From an uncultured Bacteroidales bacterium (GTDB taxonomy: Bacteria > Bacteroidota > Bacteroidia > Bacteroidales > B18-G4), in assembly GCA_963753055.1 (NCBI GenBank), contig CAVWAP010000004.1:181550-245549 (forward strand): a stretch of DNA of 64,000 nucleotides, given 5' to 3'. The translations under genes and the position numbers were made by a program. The notes beneath the pieces were generated by a model that saw only the letters and a list, made by a program, of their open reading frames with translations, was not told the origin of the DNA and did no database searches. This document shows positions 9,076 through 18,591 of the stretch, one piece after another (within the stretch, counting starts at the first letter, position 1; every line of letters begins with the position of its first letter).

Positions 9076-12000
9076 ATGATCAGAAGGTTAATAACCATAT
9101 TCGTTAACAATCAGTTCTATGCCAACATCATCATAGTCATTCTGTTGTTTGGTGGGGTGTTTGGACTGATGACTATGAAAAAGTCTTTCTTCCCCGATCG
9201 GACGGCAAGGGATATTGTCGTCAGTGTGGTATACCCGGGAGCATCTCCGAAAGAGATGGAAGAAGGGGTTACAATGCGGGTCGAAGAGGCTATCCGGGGA
9301 CTGATCGGAATCAAAGAGATTAATTCGACTTCTTCGGAAAACTTTGCCAATGTGCGGATCACCACCACTGGGGAATTTGATATTGATGAAACCTTACAGG
9401 AGGTGAAAAATGCTGTTGATGGCATCACTTCCTTCCCGGTTGACGCTGAGAAACCCATCGTCTTTAAACGGAGGCCCACCACCAATGCTGTTTTTATGGG
9501 TTTAACAGGTGATGTAGACCTGATCACTCTGAAGAAATATGCCGATGATATCGAAGATGACCTTTATAATTCAGGGAAGATGTCCCAGATTACAATCAAT
9601 GGTTTCCCCGACCTTGAAATATCTATTGAAGTCACTGAAGAAGACTTGCTGAGGCATAACCTGACTTTTGATGAGATTTCCCTGGCTGTGAGGATGAATA
9701 ACAGCGATATCTCCGCTGGTATGATCCGCTCAGATAAAGAAGAGATACTGATCAGATCAAGAGCACGGACTTATGATCCCGATGAAATAGGTGATATCAT
9801 CCTCAGAGCAAATACAGATGGTAGTAAGCTTCGCATCAGGGATGTAGCTGATGTGAAAATGAAATTTGCCGATGTGGCCTTTAAGTCATTCATGAATGGC
9901 AAAGAAGTAATTTTTATCCAGGTCTTTAAACTGGGTAATGAGGATCTGGATGAAATATCCGAATACCTTGTCGACTATGCAGATGAGTTTAACAGGAGCC
10001 ACGAAAAAATAACCCTGGAGATCACATACAACTTCAAAGATATGCTGAGTGCAAGGCTGGAATTGCTTTATAGAAATGGTGCAATTGGTCTTTCATTGGT
10101 GTTGCTCGCCCTCGGCTTGTTCCTCAGTTTGAGATTATCATTCTGGGTGGCCTGGGGAATCCCTGCATCCTTCCTTGGTATGTTCATTATAGCATCAATC
10201 AGTGGCATTACAATAAACATGTTTTCATTGTTTGGTATGCTGCTGGTCATCGGGATCCTGGTAGATGATGGAATTGTGATTGCTGAGAATATCTATACCC
10301 ATTTTGAAAATGGGAAAAGCCCAAAACTGGCCGCGGTAGATGGAACCATGGAGGTTTTACCCGCGGTAACGACATCCGTAACAACTACCATGATTGCCTT
10401 TACTCCATTAATGTTTATCAAAGAAGGGCATATGGAAATGATGACAGATGTGGCCTTCGTAGTCATTTTCAGCCTTGCCATATCATTGTTGGAAGCATTC
10501 TTCGTGTTGCCTGCTCACCTGGGCACCCCGTTAATTCTTAGAAAGAAGCAAAAAAATACAATAGGAAAACGGATCCGGGGGAAATTAGATCGTTTTGTTA
10601 ACTATCTACGTGTCAGGATATACGGTCGGTTCCTGCGATTTGCATTGAAATGGAAATACATAGCTATCATTACACCAATAGCCATGATCATGATAACTGT
10701 TGGCCTGTTTGGTGGTGGCTTGATCAAGTCTACATTTTTCCCTGCTATACAGTTTGACTTTTTTAATGTTAATGTAGCCTTTACTCCTGGAAGTGGGGAA
10801 AAGCAGACACTGGAGCATCTCACACGCTTTGAAAATGCAATTTGGGAGGTGAATGAAGAAATCATGGAAGAGTTTGATGACACCCTGAGCTATGTCGATT
10901 ACACTTTTGTGAATGTAGGAGGGGCTTTTAACGGGCAGGAAAATGGAGCTCATGCAGGTAACATATTCGTGCTCGTACGAAATCTCGAGGATGCACCAGT
11001 CTCAAGTTTTGAAATTGTGCAAAGGGTCTCTGATAAGATAGGGCCTGTCCCTGAGGCCGATAAGTTTACTGTTGGCGGAATTAACAGGTGGGGGGCTCCT
11101 GTTTCAATTAGCTTGCTTGGTAAAAACTTTACTGAGCTGCAGGAGGCAAAGTTATTCCTGATGCAGGAAATTTCAAAGATCCCATCCCTAAAAGATATTA
11201 CGGATAATAATGCCATTGGAAAAAGAGAAGTGCAATTACAGCTTAAACCGAAAGCATATTTTCTTGGATTAAACCACGCCGATATATCACGGCAGGTGCG
11301 ACAGGGATTTTTTGGCGGACAGGCCCAACGCTTGCAGATAGGTAAAGATGAAGTGCGTGTATGGGTAAGGTATCCCAAACGGGACAGGATCAGCCTGGGA
11401 CAAATGGAATCTATGAAGATCAAGACCAGGATGGGTGAGTATCCTCTGGCAGAGCTGGCTGATTATTCAATTAAAAGGGGACCTGTTAATATCCAACGAT
11501 TCAATGGTTCCCGTGAAGTACGGGTGGATGCAGACCTTGTTGACCAGTTTGAGTCGGTGCCACCAATCCTGGAACAGATCAGACAGGACATTCTGCCTGA
11601 ACTAAATGCTAAATACCCGGGTGTACATATTGAATTTCAGGGACAACAAAGATCCAGTGATGAAGCCTCTGCCGAACTGGTTAAGTACTTCAGTATAGGG
11701 TTCATCATCATTATCTTGATTATCATGATCCATTTTAAATCCTTTTCCCAGGGCACCATCATTCTTTTGATGATCCCTCTTGGCTGGCTCGGTGCCATGT
11801 GGGGACATGGTATTGAAGGAGTCCCTGTTTCCATGCTTAGTGCCTGGGGTATGGTGGCGCTTACTGGTGTGATCATTAATGATGCTGTGGTCTTCCTTTC
11901 AAAATATAATTCCCTTATAAAAGAGGGCAAGAAGGTGGAGGAAGCTGTTTTTGATGCCGGAATAGCAAGGTTCCGAGCTATTATGCTTACAACTATCACA

Positions 12001-12246
12001 ACCGTATTGGGCCTTTACCCAATCATCCTAGAGACAAGCTTCCAGGCACAATTCCTTATCCCGATGGCAATTGCCCTGGCATATGGTGTAATGATCGGAA
12101 CAGGATTTATCTTGGCTCTGTTCCCGGTAATAATTCTTGTATTAAGCGATATCAGGGTATATCTGAATTGGTTATGGACCGGGACCAAGAAGACCAGGGA
12201 AGAGCTTGAGCCGGTTATCATTCACCGCCAAAAAAAGATGGAGTAA
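9076..12246 (+). CDS. efflux RND transporter permease (AcrB/AcrD/AcrF family)
   Basis: 1056 aa with the 12-TM, two-large-loop architecture. Has the conserved 'GILVDDGIVIAENI' and 'GVIINDAVVFL' TM4/TM10 motifs. Confidence 0.95.
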   Translation: MIRRLITIFVNNQFYANIIIVILLFGGVFGLMTMKKSFFPDRTARDIVVSVVYPGASPKEMEEGVTMRVEEAIRGLIGIKEINSTSSENFANVRITTTGEFDIDETLQEVKNAVDGITSFPVDAEKPIVFKRRPTTNAVFMGLTGDVDLITLKKYADDIEDDLYNSGKMSQITINGFPDLEISIEVTEEDLLRHNLTFDEISLAVRMNNSDISAGMIRSDKEEILIRSRARTYDPDEIGDIILRANTDGSKLRIRDVADVKMKFADVAFKSFMNGKEVIFIQVFKLGNEDLDEISEYLVDYADEFNRSHEKITLEITYNFKDMLSARLELLYRNGAIGLSLVLLALGLFLSLRLSFWVAWGIPASFLGMFIIASISGITINMFSLFGMLLVIGILVDDGIVIAENIYTHFENGKSPKLAAVDGTMEVLPAVTTSVTTTMIAFTPLMFIKEGHMEMMTDVAFVVIFSLAISLLEAFFVLPAHLGTPLILRKKQKNTIGKRIRGKLDRFVNYLRVRIYGRFLRFALKWKYIAIITPIAMIMITVGLFGGGLIKSTFFPAIQFDFFNVNVAFTPGSGEKQTLEHLTRFENAIWEVNEEIMEEFDDTLSYVDYTFVNVGGAFNGQENGAHAGNIFVLVRNLEDAPVSSFEIVQRVSDKIGPVPEADKFTVGGINRWGAPVSISLLGKNFTELQEAKLFLMQEISKIPSLKDITDNNAIGKREVQLQLKPKAYFLGLNHADISRQVRQGFFGGQAQRLQIGKDEVRVWVRYPKRDRISLGQMESMKIKTRMGEYPLAELADYSIKRGPVNIQRFNGSREVRVDADLVDQFESVPPILEQIRQDILPELNAKYPGVHIEFQGQQRSSDEASAELVKYFSIGFIIIILIIMIHFKSFSQGTIILLMIPLGWLGAMWGHGIEGVPVSMLSAWGMVALTGVIINDAVVFLSKYNSLIKEGKKVEEAVFDAGIARFRAIMLTTITTVLGLYPIILETSFQAQFLIPMAIALAYGVMIGTGFILALFPVIILVLSDIRVYLNWLWTGTKKTREELEPVIIHRQKKME

Positions 12247-13586
12247 TGTTTGTATCACGATATAAAATGCGGTTTTGCCTACCAGTGATTATCTCTATGA
12301 TGCTGGCCATGCAGCTACACGGACAGGTATCAGAACAAGAAGATATCTCCCTGGCAGATGCTATCAGGATCGGCCTGGATAACAATTTCCAGATCAGGAT
12401 CATGGAAAACACAGTTGAGATTGTAAAGAACAACAATGCCTGGGGAACCGCAGGCCTGTTCCCAACCATCTCCCTCGGCATTAGCCTGCCTAACAGGTTT
12501 GACAATACTGTAAATCAGACTAATCCAGATGAAAGAAGCAAGTACTATACAAGTTCATTTACTCCCTATGTCAACCTTCAATGGAACCTGTTCAGCGGCT
12601 TCAGCGTGCACATAACTAAAGACAAGCTTGCAGCCCTGGAAGCCTATTCTGAAGGCAATGCCGTGATTGTTGTTGAAAATACCATTCAGGGTATCATACT
12701 GGCCTATTACAATACCCTGTTACAGCTGGAGACTCTTGAGACATTGGATGAATTGAAGCAATTGTCACGAGATAGATATAATTATGTCAATTTTCGCAAA
12801 GAACTAGGCGCTGCAGTTACTTATGATGTCCTGCAAGCCAAGAATGCTTACCTTGACGACAGCACAAATTATCTGCTCCAGCAACTCAATGTTGAGAATG
12901 CATTTTTGTATCTGCGCCTGTTGCTGGGAGAGGAATCAGTTGTGCAATACAGCCTGACGGATGATTTTTCTGTTGTAGAACAGGAGTTTATATACGATTC
13001 CCTGCTGGTGCAAATGAAATCTGATAATTCCAATTTGAGAAATCAATATATCAACCAGGAGATCTTGAAAAAGGATGTGCAACTGTCAAAGAGGGTTGCT
13101 TACCCATACCTAAACCTTAACGCAGGCTTTGATCATTCCAATGCAAGGATAGATTTTGTCGATGGCCCTACAACCTATCCCAATAATCTTGCTTATTATG
13201 TTAACTTCTCACTTGGATTTAACCTTTCTAATGGTGGAAATGTCAGGAGGGCTATTCAAAACTCTAAAATACAAGAAGAAATTGGCTTACTGGAAATCGC
13301 AGAGCTGGAGATCAACCTGTCGAATCAGCTCAAGAATGCTTTTGATCTGTACAACATTCGTAAACAGCTCTACGAGGTGTCGCTTGTTAATGTAGAAAGT
13401 GCCAGGCTGAACCTGGAAATTTCAACTGAGAAATTCCGGTCGGGGGCTATCAATTCATTCAACTTCAGAGATGTTCAAATTATCTATCTTCGAGCTGCAG
13501 TCTCCAGGCTACAGGCCATTTTTAATATGATCGATTCCCATTCTGAGCTCCTGCGCCTGACCGGAGGCATTATCCGTGAATCATAA
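12246..13586 (+). CDS. TolC-family outer-membrane efflux protein
   Basis: 446 aa with a signal peptide and the two-repeat OEP pattern. Its start overlaps the pump stop (TAATG). Confidence 0.85.
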   Translation: MFVSRYKMRFCLPVIISMMLAMQLHGQVSEQEDISLADAIRIGLDNNFQIRIMENTVEIVKNNNAWGTAGLFPTISLGISLPNRFDNTVNQTNPDERSKYYTSSFTPYVNLQWNLFSGFSVHITKDKLAALEAYSEGNAVIVVENTIQGIILAYYNTLLQLETLETLDELKQLSRDRYNYVNFRKELGAAVTYDVLQAKNAYLDDSTNYLLQQLNVENAFLYLRLLLGEESVVQYSLTDDFSVVEQEFIYDSLLVQMKSDNSNLRNQYINQEILKKDVQLSKRVAYPYLNLNAGFDHSNARIDFVDGPTTYPNNLAYYVNFSLGFNLSNGGNVRRAIQNSKIQEEIGLLEIAELEINLSNQLKNAFDLYNIRKQLYEVSLVNVESARLNLEISTEKFRSGAINSFNFRDVQIIYLRAAVSRLQAIFNMIDSHSELLRLTGGIIRES

Positions 13587-16116
13587 ATTCATTGCTATGA
13601 GAAAAATATTCCTCGTACTTCTGGCTTGCCTCACAGTGGTCATGATATTCTCTGACCATGGACCTGAACAAACAATATCTGATCATCCGGCAAAGAAACC
13701 TAACGATTGGTTCTTCAGGCAAAGAGCTTATCCATTCGGGCAAATAAACTATGAAGCTGTTAAGTCAGCCTTTTACCAGGCCAGTGATATGAAAGACGAA
13801 GCTGCCAGGGAACAAAGGTCCGAATGGGATTTTGGTGGCCCTGTCAACCTGGGTGGTAGGATCTCTGCTTTAGCCATGCATCCATCAGATGCTTCGACCA
13901 TTTTTATAGGAGCTGCCTCTGGTGGAATCTTTAAATCTGACGACACTGGCCTTTCCTGGAGACCTGTCTTTGATGATGCTATGAGCCTCTCAATGGGAGA
14001 CGTGGAGATAGCTTTTTCTGATCCGGACGTTTTATATGCAGGTACCGGTGAGCCAAATGCAGGAGGAGGCTCACTTGCCTATGATGGCTTTGGAATATAC
14101 AGGTCGGATGACGCCGGTGAAACATGGGAGCACATTGGGCTGGAAGAAAGCGGTAGTATCGGAAGGGTTGTTGTGCACCCTGAAAATCCCGGTACAGTGT
14201 ATGTCGCGGCAATGGGGCGATTGTTCTCAAACAACCCTGAAAGAGGGGTGTTCAGATCAATCGATGCAGGCCAAACATGGGAGAAGGTGCTTTACAAAAC
14301 AGACTCTACCGGGGCTATCGATCTTGTGATGCACCCGGATGACCCGGATATCCTTTATGCTGCTTTATGGGAAAGAGTGAGAAGGCCCAACAGAAGGAAC
14401 TATGGTGGTCCTACCTGCGGTATTTATAAAACTACCGATGGTGGTAATACCTGGACAGAACTCTCCAACGGGCTGCCTTCACCATCACCGGATGTTGGCA
14501 GGATAGGGCTTGATATTTCAAGGTCTGATCCCAATATACTTTATGCCATCTATGCTGATAATATCGGATATTTTGCAGGTGTTTATAAAACTACAGATGA
14601 CGGCAATAGCTGGATCAGGACCAATGATGATGACCTTTCGGGCATATACTCATCTTACGGCTGGTGGTTCGGCAGGATACATGTTGATCCAGTCGATCCT
14701 GATATAGCATACCCGATTGGCTTTGATCTATATAAAACAAGTAATGGAGGCAACAGCTATTCTTTTATATCCCAGTATGTACATGTCGACCAGCACGACC
14801 TCATAGCCCATCCCACAGACAACGAGTTCCTGGTTCTGGGAAATGACGGAGGCATGTATTTATCCGACAATGGGGGAAACTCATGGAACCACCTGGAAAA
14901 TTTGCCTGTGATGCAATTCTATACCTGCGAAGTGGATGAACAATTCCCTGAGAGATTGTATGGTGGTGCACAGGACATGGGCACGAACCGGACTCTCACA
15001 GGGGCATTGGACGACTGGGAACATATCTTTGGAGGTGATGGGTTTTATGTGCTCGTGGATCCTCAGGATAACGATTTCGTTTATGTTTCATACCAGTATG
15101 GCAATTTCTTCAGGTCGACCAATGGTGGCTATTCCTTCGACAATGGGATGTCTGGCATTAATGGCTCTGACCGGAAGAACTGGATGACACCAGTGGTTTT
15201 CGATCCTGCTGATCCTGCAATACTGTATTATGGATCGAATAAGATATATAAAAGTACCAACAGGGCTGTTAGCTGGCAGGTTATCAGTCCCGATCTTTCA
15301 AACGGACCAGGCACTGGCAACCTGACTTATGGGACAGTAACTACTATCGCTGCTTCCAGGGCCAATGCTGATTATGTTTATGCCGGTACTGATGATGGCA
15401 ATGCCTGGGTTACAAAAGATGGTGGTCAGCAATGGGATAATATATCAGCTGGCCTGCCTGAAAGATGGGTCACAAGGGTAGCAGCAGATCCATATGATGC
15501 GGAAAAGGCCTTCATCTGCCTGTCAGGATACCGTTACGACTCCTATCAGCCACATATTTTTATGACTCAGGATGCAGGAAATGAGTGGACTGATATCTCC
15601 GGGAACCTTCCTGAAGTACCTGTTAATGATATCATTGTCGACCCCAACCTGGATTCTACCCTGTATATAGCCACTGACTTTGGTGTGTATGTAACCTGGG
15701 ACTATGGCCAACTATGGCATTCCCTGGGCACCAGCCTGCCTAATGTTCCAATTATTGACCTGCGATTGCATAATCCGTCCCGCAAGCTGATTGCAGCCAC
15801 CTATGGAAGGTCGATGTATACCTTTGATTTGAATGAGATTGTGGGTGTTTCTGATAAGCAGGAGATGAGCATGGAATTGTTAGTGTTTCCGAATCCATGC
15901 TCAGGCGTTGCACGCCTTCGATATCGGATTCATGATATCAGATATCTGATATTTGAGTTATTTGATAATTCGGGAAGGAAAATTCGCAGATTGCTGGAAG
16001 GTGAACAAGCCCCGGGGGAGTACGAATTGGATATTGATCTTTCAGGATTGCCGGATGGAATTTATATTCTAAGAATAGATAAATCTCAAGCAGTAAAAAT
16101 ATTACTGGACAATTAG
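13576..16116 (+). CDS. sortilin/VPS10-type BNR-repeat protein with T9SS C-terminal sorting domain
   Basis: 846 aa and a paralog of the 3291-6596 protein. BNR boxes include 'FKSDDTGLSW', 'YRSDDAGETW', 'FRSIDAGQTW', 'YKTTDGGNTW', 'YKTTDDGNSW'. CTD is about 15877-16113 ('LLVFPNPCSG...DGIYILRIDKSQAVKILLDN'). A more likely start is the Met at 13597 ('MRKIFLVLLACL'). Confidence 0.8.
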   Translation: MNHKFIAMRKIFLVLLACLTVVMIFSDHGPEQTISDHPAKKPNDWFFRQRAYPFGQINYEAVKSAFYQASDMKDEAAREQRSEWDFGGPVNLGGRISALAMHPSDASTIFIGAASGGIFKSDDTGLSWRPVFDDAMSLSMGDVEIAFSDPDVLYAGTGEPNAGGGSLAYDGFGIYRSDDAGETWEHIGLEESGSIGRVVVHPENPGTVYVAAMGRLFSNNPERGVFRSIDAGQTWEKVLYKTDSTGAIDLVMHPDDPDILYAALWERVRRPNRRNYGGPTCGIYKTTDGGNTWTELSNGLPSPSPDVGRIGLDISRSDPNILYAIYADNIGYFAGVYKTTDDGNSWIRTNDDDLSGIYSSYGWWFGRIHVDPVDPDIAYPIGFDLYKTSNGGNSYSFISQYVHVDQHDLIAHPTDNEFLVLGNDGGMYLSDNGGNSWNHLENLPVMQFYTCEVDEQFPERLYGGAQDMGTNRTLTGALDDWEHIFGGDGFYVLVDPQDNDFVYVSYQYGNFFRSTNGGYSFDNGMSGINGSDRKNWMTPVVFDPADPAILYYGSNKIYKSTNRAVSWQVISPDLSNGPGTGNLTYGTVTTIAASRANADYVYAGTDDGNAWVTKDGGQQWDNISAGLPERWVTRVAADPYDAEKAFICLSGYRYDSYQPHIFMTQDAGNEWTDISGNLPEVPVNDIIVDPNLDSTLYIATDFGVYVTWDYGQLWHSLGTSLPNVPIIDLRLHNPSRKLIAATYGRSMYTFDLNEIVGVSDKQEMSMELLVFPNPCSGVARLRYRIHDIRYLIFELFDNSGRKIRRLLEGEQAPGEYELDIDLSGLPDGIYILRIDKSQAVKILLDN

Positions 16117-17793
16117 TTTCCTGATAGAATAATTATCTTCAGAATGGACCTTTATAAAATAAATTCCAGCAGGTAATTCACTAACATCTATCTCAATCTC
16201 ATGCACCCCTGCTGGCACTACGTCATGCACTAATTCACGAATCTTCTTTCCTGATATCGTATATAAATCAGATATTGTTAATCGGTAATCGTTATTCGTT
16301 AATCTCAGGCGCACAGCGCCTGAGCAGGGATTTGGAAAAATATTGATCTGATCCAGGATATGAATTTCCTGAACAGCGGTTAAAATATACGATGAAAATC
16401 CAACCGTGACGGTCATCGGACCTCCCGATTCATAGCGCAGTGCTGCCGGGTTCCTGGTGTCAGCATTAAAAGCATCGAATGGCCAGTGCTCCTGCGGGAT
16501 AAAACCAGGTCTTTCAGCATTGTAATATGAAGTGTCTTCAAGATATGATGGTTCTTCACCATCGGCTTTCCATGATATCAAAGTAGTTAATGATGGGAAA
16601 AGTATTTCATACACTTTATTGTTTTTGGCAAAATGACCTGTTCCGCCAATATTATTACTCTTCACATACCCATCCCCCCACGGTGCCCCATAACGTACTT
16701 TTGTAACAATATCCAAATTTTCCATGTAGTTATTGACAAATGTCTGATTATCATTACAATCATAATGATTTCCACCATTGGTTGATTCATAATATTCCTC
16801 AACTACAAGACCACCTCGACGTGCAATATTCCTGAAAAAAGTATTATAATCCCCGTTGTCGCCCCAGTAGGCATCAATCCATATCCAGTTAAAATAATTT
16901 CCTTCGAACAGGTTTTGATAAGCACCCATCTGCTGACCCGGATTGCTTGAATTACCATGAAGTTCTATGTCGCCGGTAACCCATTCACCCAGGCCGCCAC
17001 TGGTAGTAGTATGGGGATCAAAAGAAGCATTATAACCTATGACATTTCTATGGCAAAGACCTCCTGTAACTATGGAATGCCTGGCATCCCGGAAAATATT
17101 ATCCTCAATTAGACTGCTTTGTGTTTCATTTCCCAGTGCAATGCCATATCCATTACCTCCGCCTCCGTGATCGGTGCACTCATGGATATAACACCCACTA
17201 ATAAGCAAATGCTCACATTCGGTGAGGCTGACATGATTGCTGTTTGCCATTTGCGTTTCAATTCCCCTGATCCAGCAATTATCAGCTCCCGCCATTCTAA
17301 CAAAATACTTCTGAAGTGTAACTCCCGTTTGCCTTGTTAGCTTTATATCCTCCAATCCACTTTCAACAGTGTTATTGAAAAGAATGGCGTGATCATCATG
17401 ATGAAAATAAAGAATTGATACTTCTGGTCCAATGCCTTTTATCACAGTATTTGATGGGATAATTAACTCTTCCGTGATCTTGTACGTTCCTTCAGGAAAG
17501 TATACAATTGAGAAGCCCCCGGATACGGATTGCTGTTCAGCCTGTTCCATGGCCTGTAAGACAAATTCAGTATCATCATCAACACCGTTTCCGGATGCTC
17601 CCATATCCATCACGTTAAACAATGCAGAAACAGCAACAGGTTCATTCAGAAAAGTACATCCAGCTTCTTGCCAGGCTTCAGTAGACCCGTCTGGTAATCG
17701 TTCTGCAGGGATCTTGGTTCCAATCTGGCCAAAATTAATCAGAGAAGATAATATGAAACAAATTAAGCATGCTGAAGCTATGTATGACTTCAT
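16102..17793 (-). CDS. right-handed parallel beta-helix protein (pectate-lyase-superfamily / GH28-related N-domain) with T9SS CTD
   Basis: 563 aa with a signal peptide. 'MDMGASGNGVDDDTEFVLQAME...IVYFPEGTYKI' resembles the Pectate_lyase_3 domain. Has beta-helix rungs and the CTD 'INIFPNPCSGAVRLRL...AGIYFIKVHSE'. Its 3' end overlaps the convergent gene by 15 nt. Confidence 0.75.
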   Translation of the reverse strand: MKSYIASACLICFILSSLINFGQIGTKIPAERLPDGSTEAWQEAGCTFLNEPVAVSALFNVMDMGASGNGVDDDTEFVLQAMEQAEQQSVSGGFSIVYFPEGTYKITEELIIPSNTVIKGIGPEVSILYFHHDDHAILFNNTVESGLEDIKLTRQTGVTLQKYFVRMAGADNCWIRGIETQMANSNHVSLTECEHLLISGCYIHECTDHGGGGNGYGIALGNETQSSLIEDNIFRDARHSIVTGGLCHRNVIGYNASFDPHTTTSGGLGEWVTGDIELHGNSSNPGQQMGAYQNLFEGNYFNWIWIDAYWGDNGDYNTFFRNIARRGGLVVEEYYESTNGGNHYDCNDNQTFVNNYMENLDIVTKVRYGAPWGDGYVKSNNIGGTGHFAKNNKVYEILFPSLTTLISWKADGEEPSYLEDTSYYNAERPGFIPQEHWPFDAFNADTRNPAALRYESGGPMTVTVGFSSYILTAVQEIHILDQINIFPNPCSGAVRLRLTNNDYRLTISDLYTISGKKIRELVHDVVPAGVHEIEIDVSELPAGIYFIKVHSEDNYSIRKLIVQ

Positions 17794-17818
17794 TGGATTG
17801 AATTAAGATCTGGCTGAT

Positions 17819-18580
17819 TTACAGTTTATTTGTTATTAATACGAAATCTTTAACATGAAGTTGCTCGGCCCGCTTGCCTAACAGGTCCGATGGAACATTT
17901 TTCAAGTCTTTTCCCAAGGGCTTCAATGCGTTTCTTAATGTCTTTCTTCGTTGGTTAAAAGCCACCTTGACAACCTGGAAAAACAACTTTTCATCACAGT
18001 CCAGATTCCTGGTTTCGTTCCTGTTCAGCCTGATAACAGCTGATTTGACATTTGGTCGTGGGGAAAAAACTGTTTCGTTGACAGTAAATAAATATTCAAT
18101 CTGATAAAAAGCCTGCAGCAAGACACTCAAAATCCCATATTGCTTATTGCCAGGAGGTGAAGCGATCCGCTCGGCAACTTCCTTCTGGATCATAAAGATC
18201 ATATGATTTATCTGGTCTCTGTACTTCAGTGCCTTGAAAAAGATCTGGCTGGAAATATTATATGGAAGATTGCCAAGCAATGTAAATTCTTCAGCAAATA
18301 GCCCGGAAATATCATTATGGAGAAAATCATCGTGAATGATCTTTCCCTCCAGCTCTGGATACTTTGCTTGTAAATAATCTACCACTTCCTTGTCAGTGTC
18401 GATAAAGTAAGCATTGAATTGATTATCAGATAATAAATACTTGCTTAGTACGCCTTCTCCCGGACCTATTTCTATGAGGTTTGTAACATCTTCAGGGATG
18501 CATCCAATGATTTTTCGGGCAATATTTTCATCTCTCAGGAAATGCTGACCAAGGCTTTTTTTAGGTTTAACGCCAGGCAT
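17819..18580 (-). CDS. rsmA: 16S rRNA (adenine1518/adenine1519-N6)-dimethyltransferase
   Basis: 253 aa. 'KKSLGQHFL' N-terminus, SAM motif 'LIEIGPGEGVLS', and 'GNLPYNISS'. Confidence 0.9.
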   Translation of the reverse strand: MPGVKPKKSLGQHFLRDENIARKIIGCIPEDVTNLIEIGPGEGVLSKYLLSDNQFNAYFIDTDKEVVDYLQAKYPELEGKIIHDDFLHNDISGLFAEEFTLLGNLPYNISSQIFFKALKYRDQINHMIFMIQKEVAERIASPPGNKQYGILSVLLQAFYQIEYLFTVNETVFSPRPNVKSAVIRLNRNETRNLDCDEKLFFQVVKVAFNQRRKTLRNALKPLGKDLKNVPSDLLGKRAEQLHVKDFVLITNKL

Positions 18581-18591
18581 GAATATGAAGA

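Noticed and set aside
3291-17793. A polysaccharide utilisation locus around the BNR/sortilin-like and beta-helix proteins.
   Set aside because: No SusC/SusD pair, hybrid two-component regulator or clear glycoside hydrolase cluster is present. The intervening genes are an RND efflux operon.
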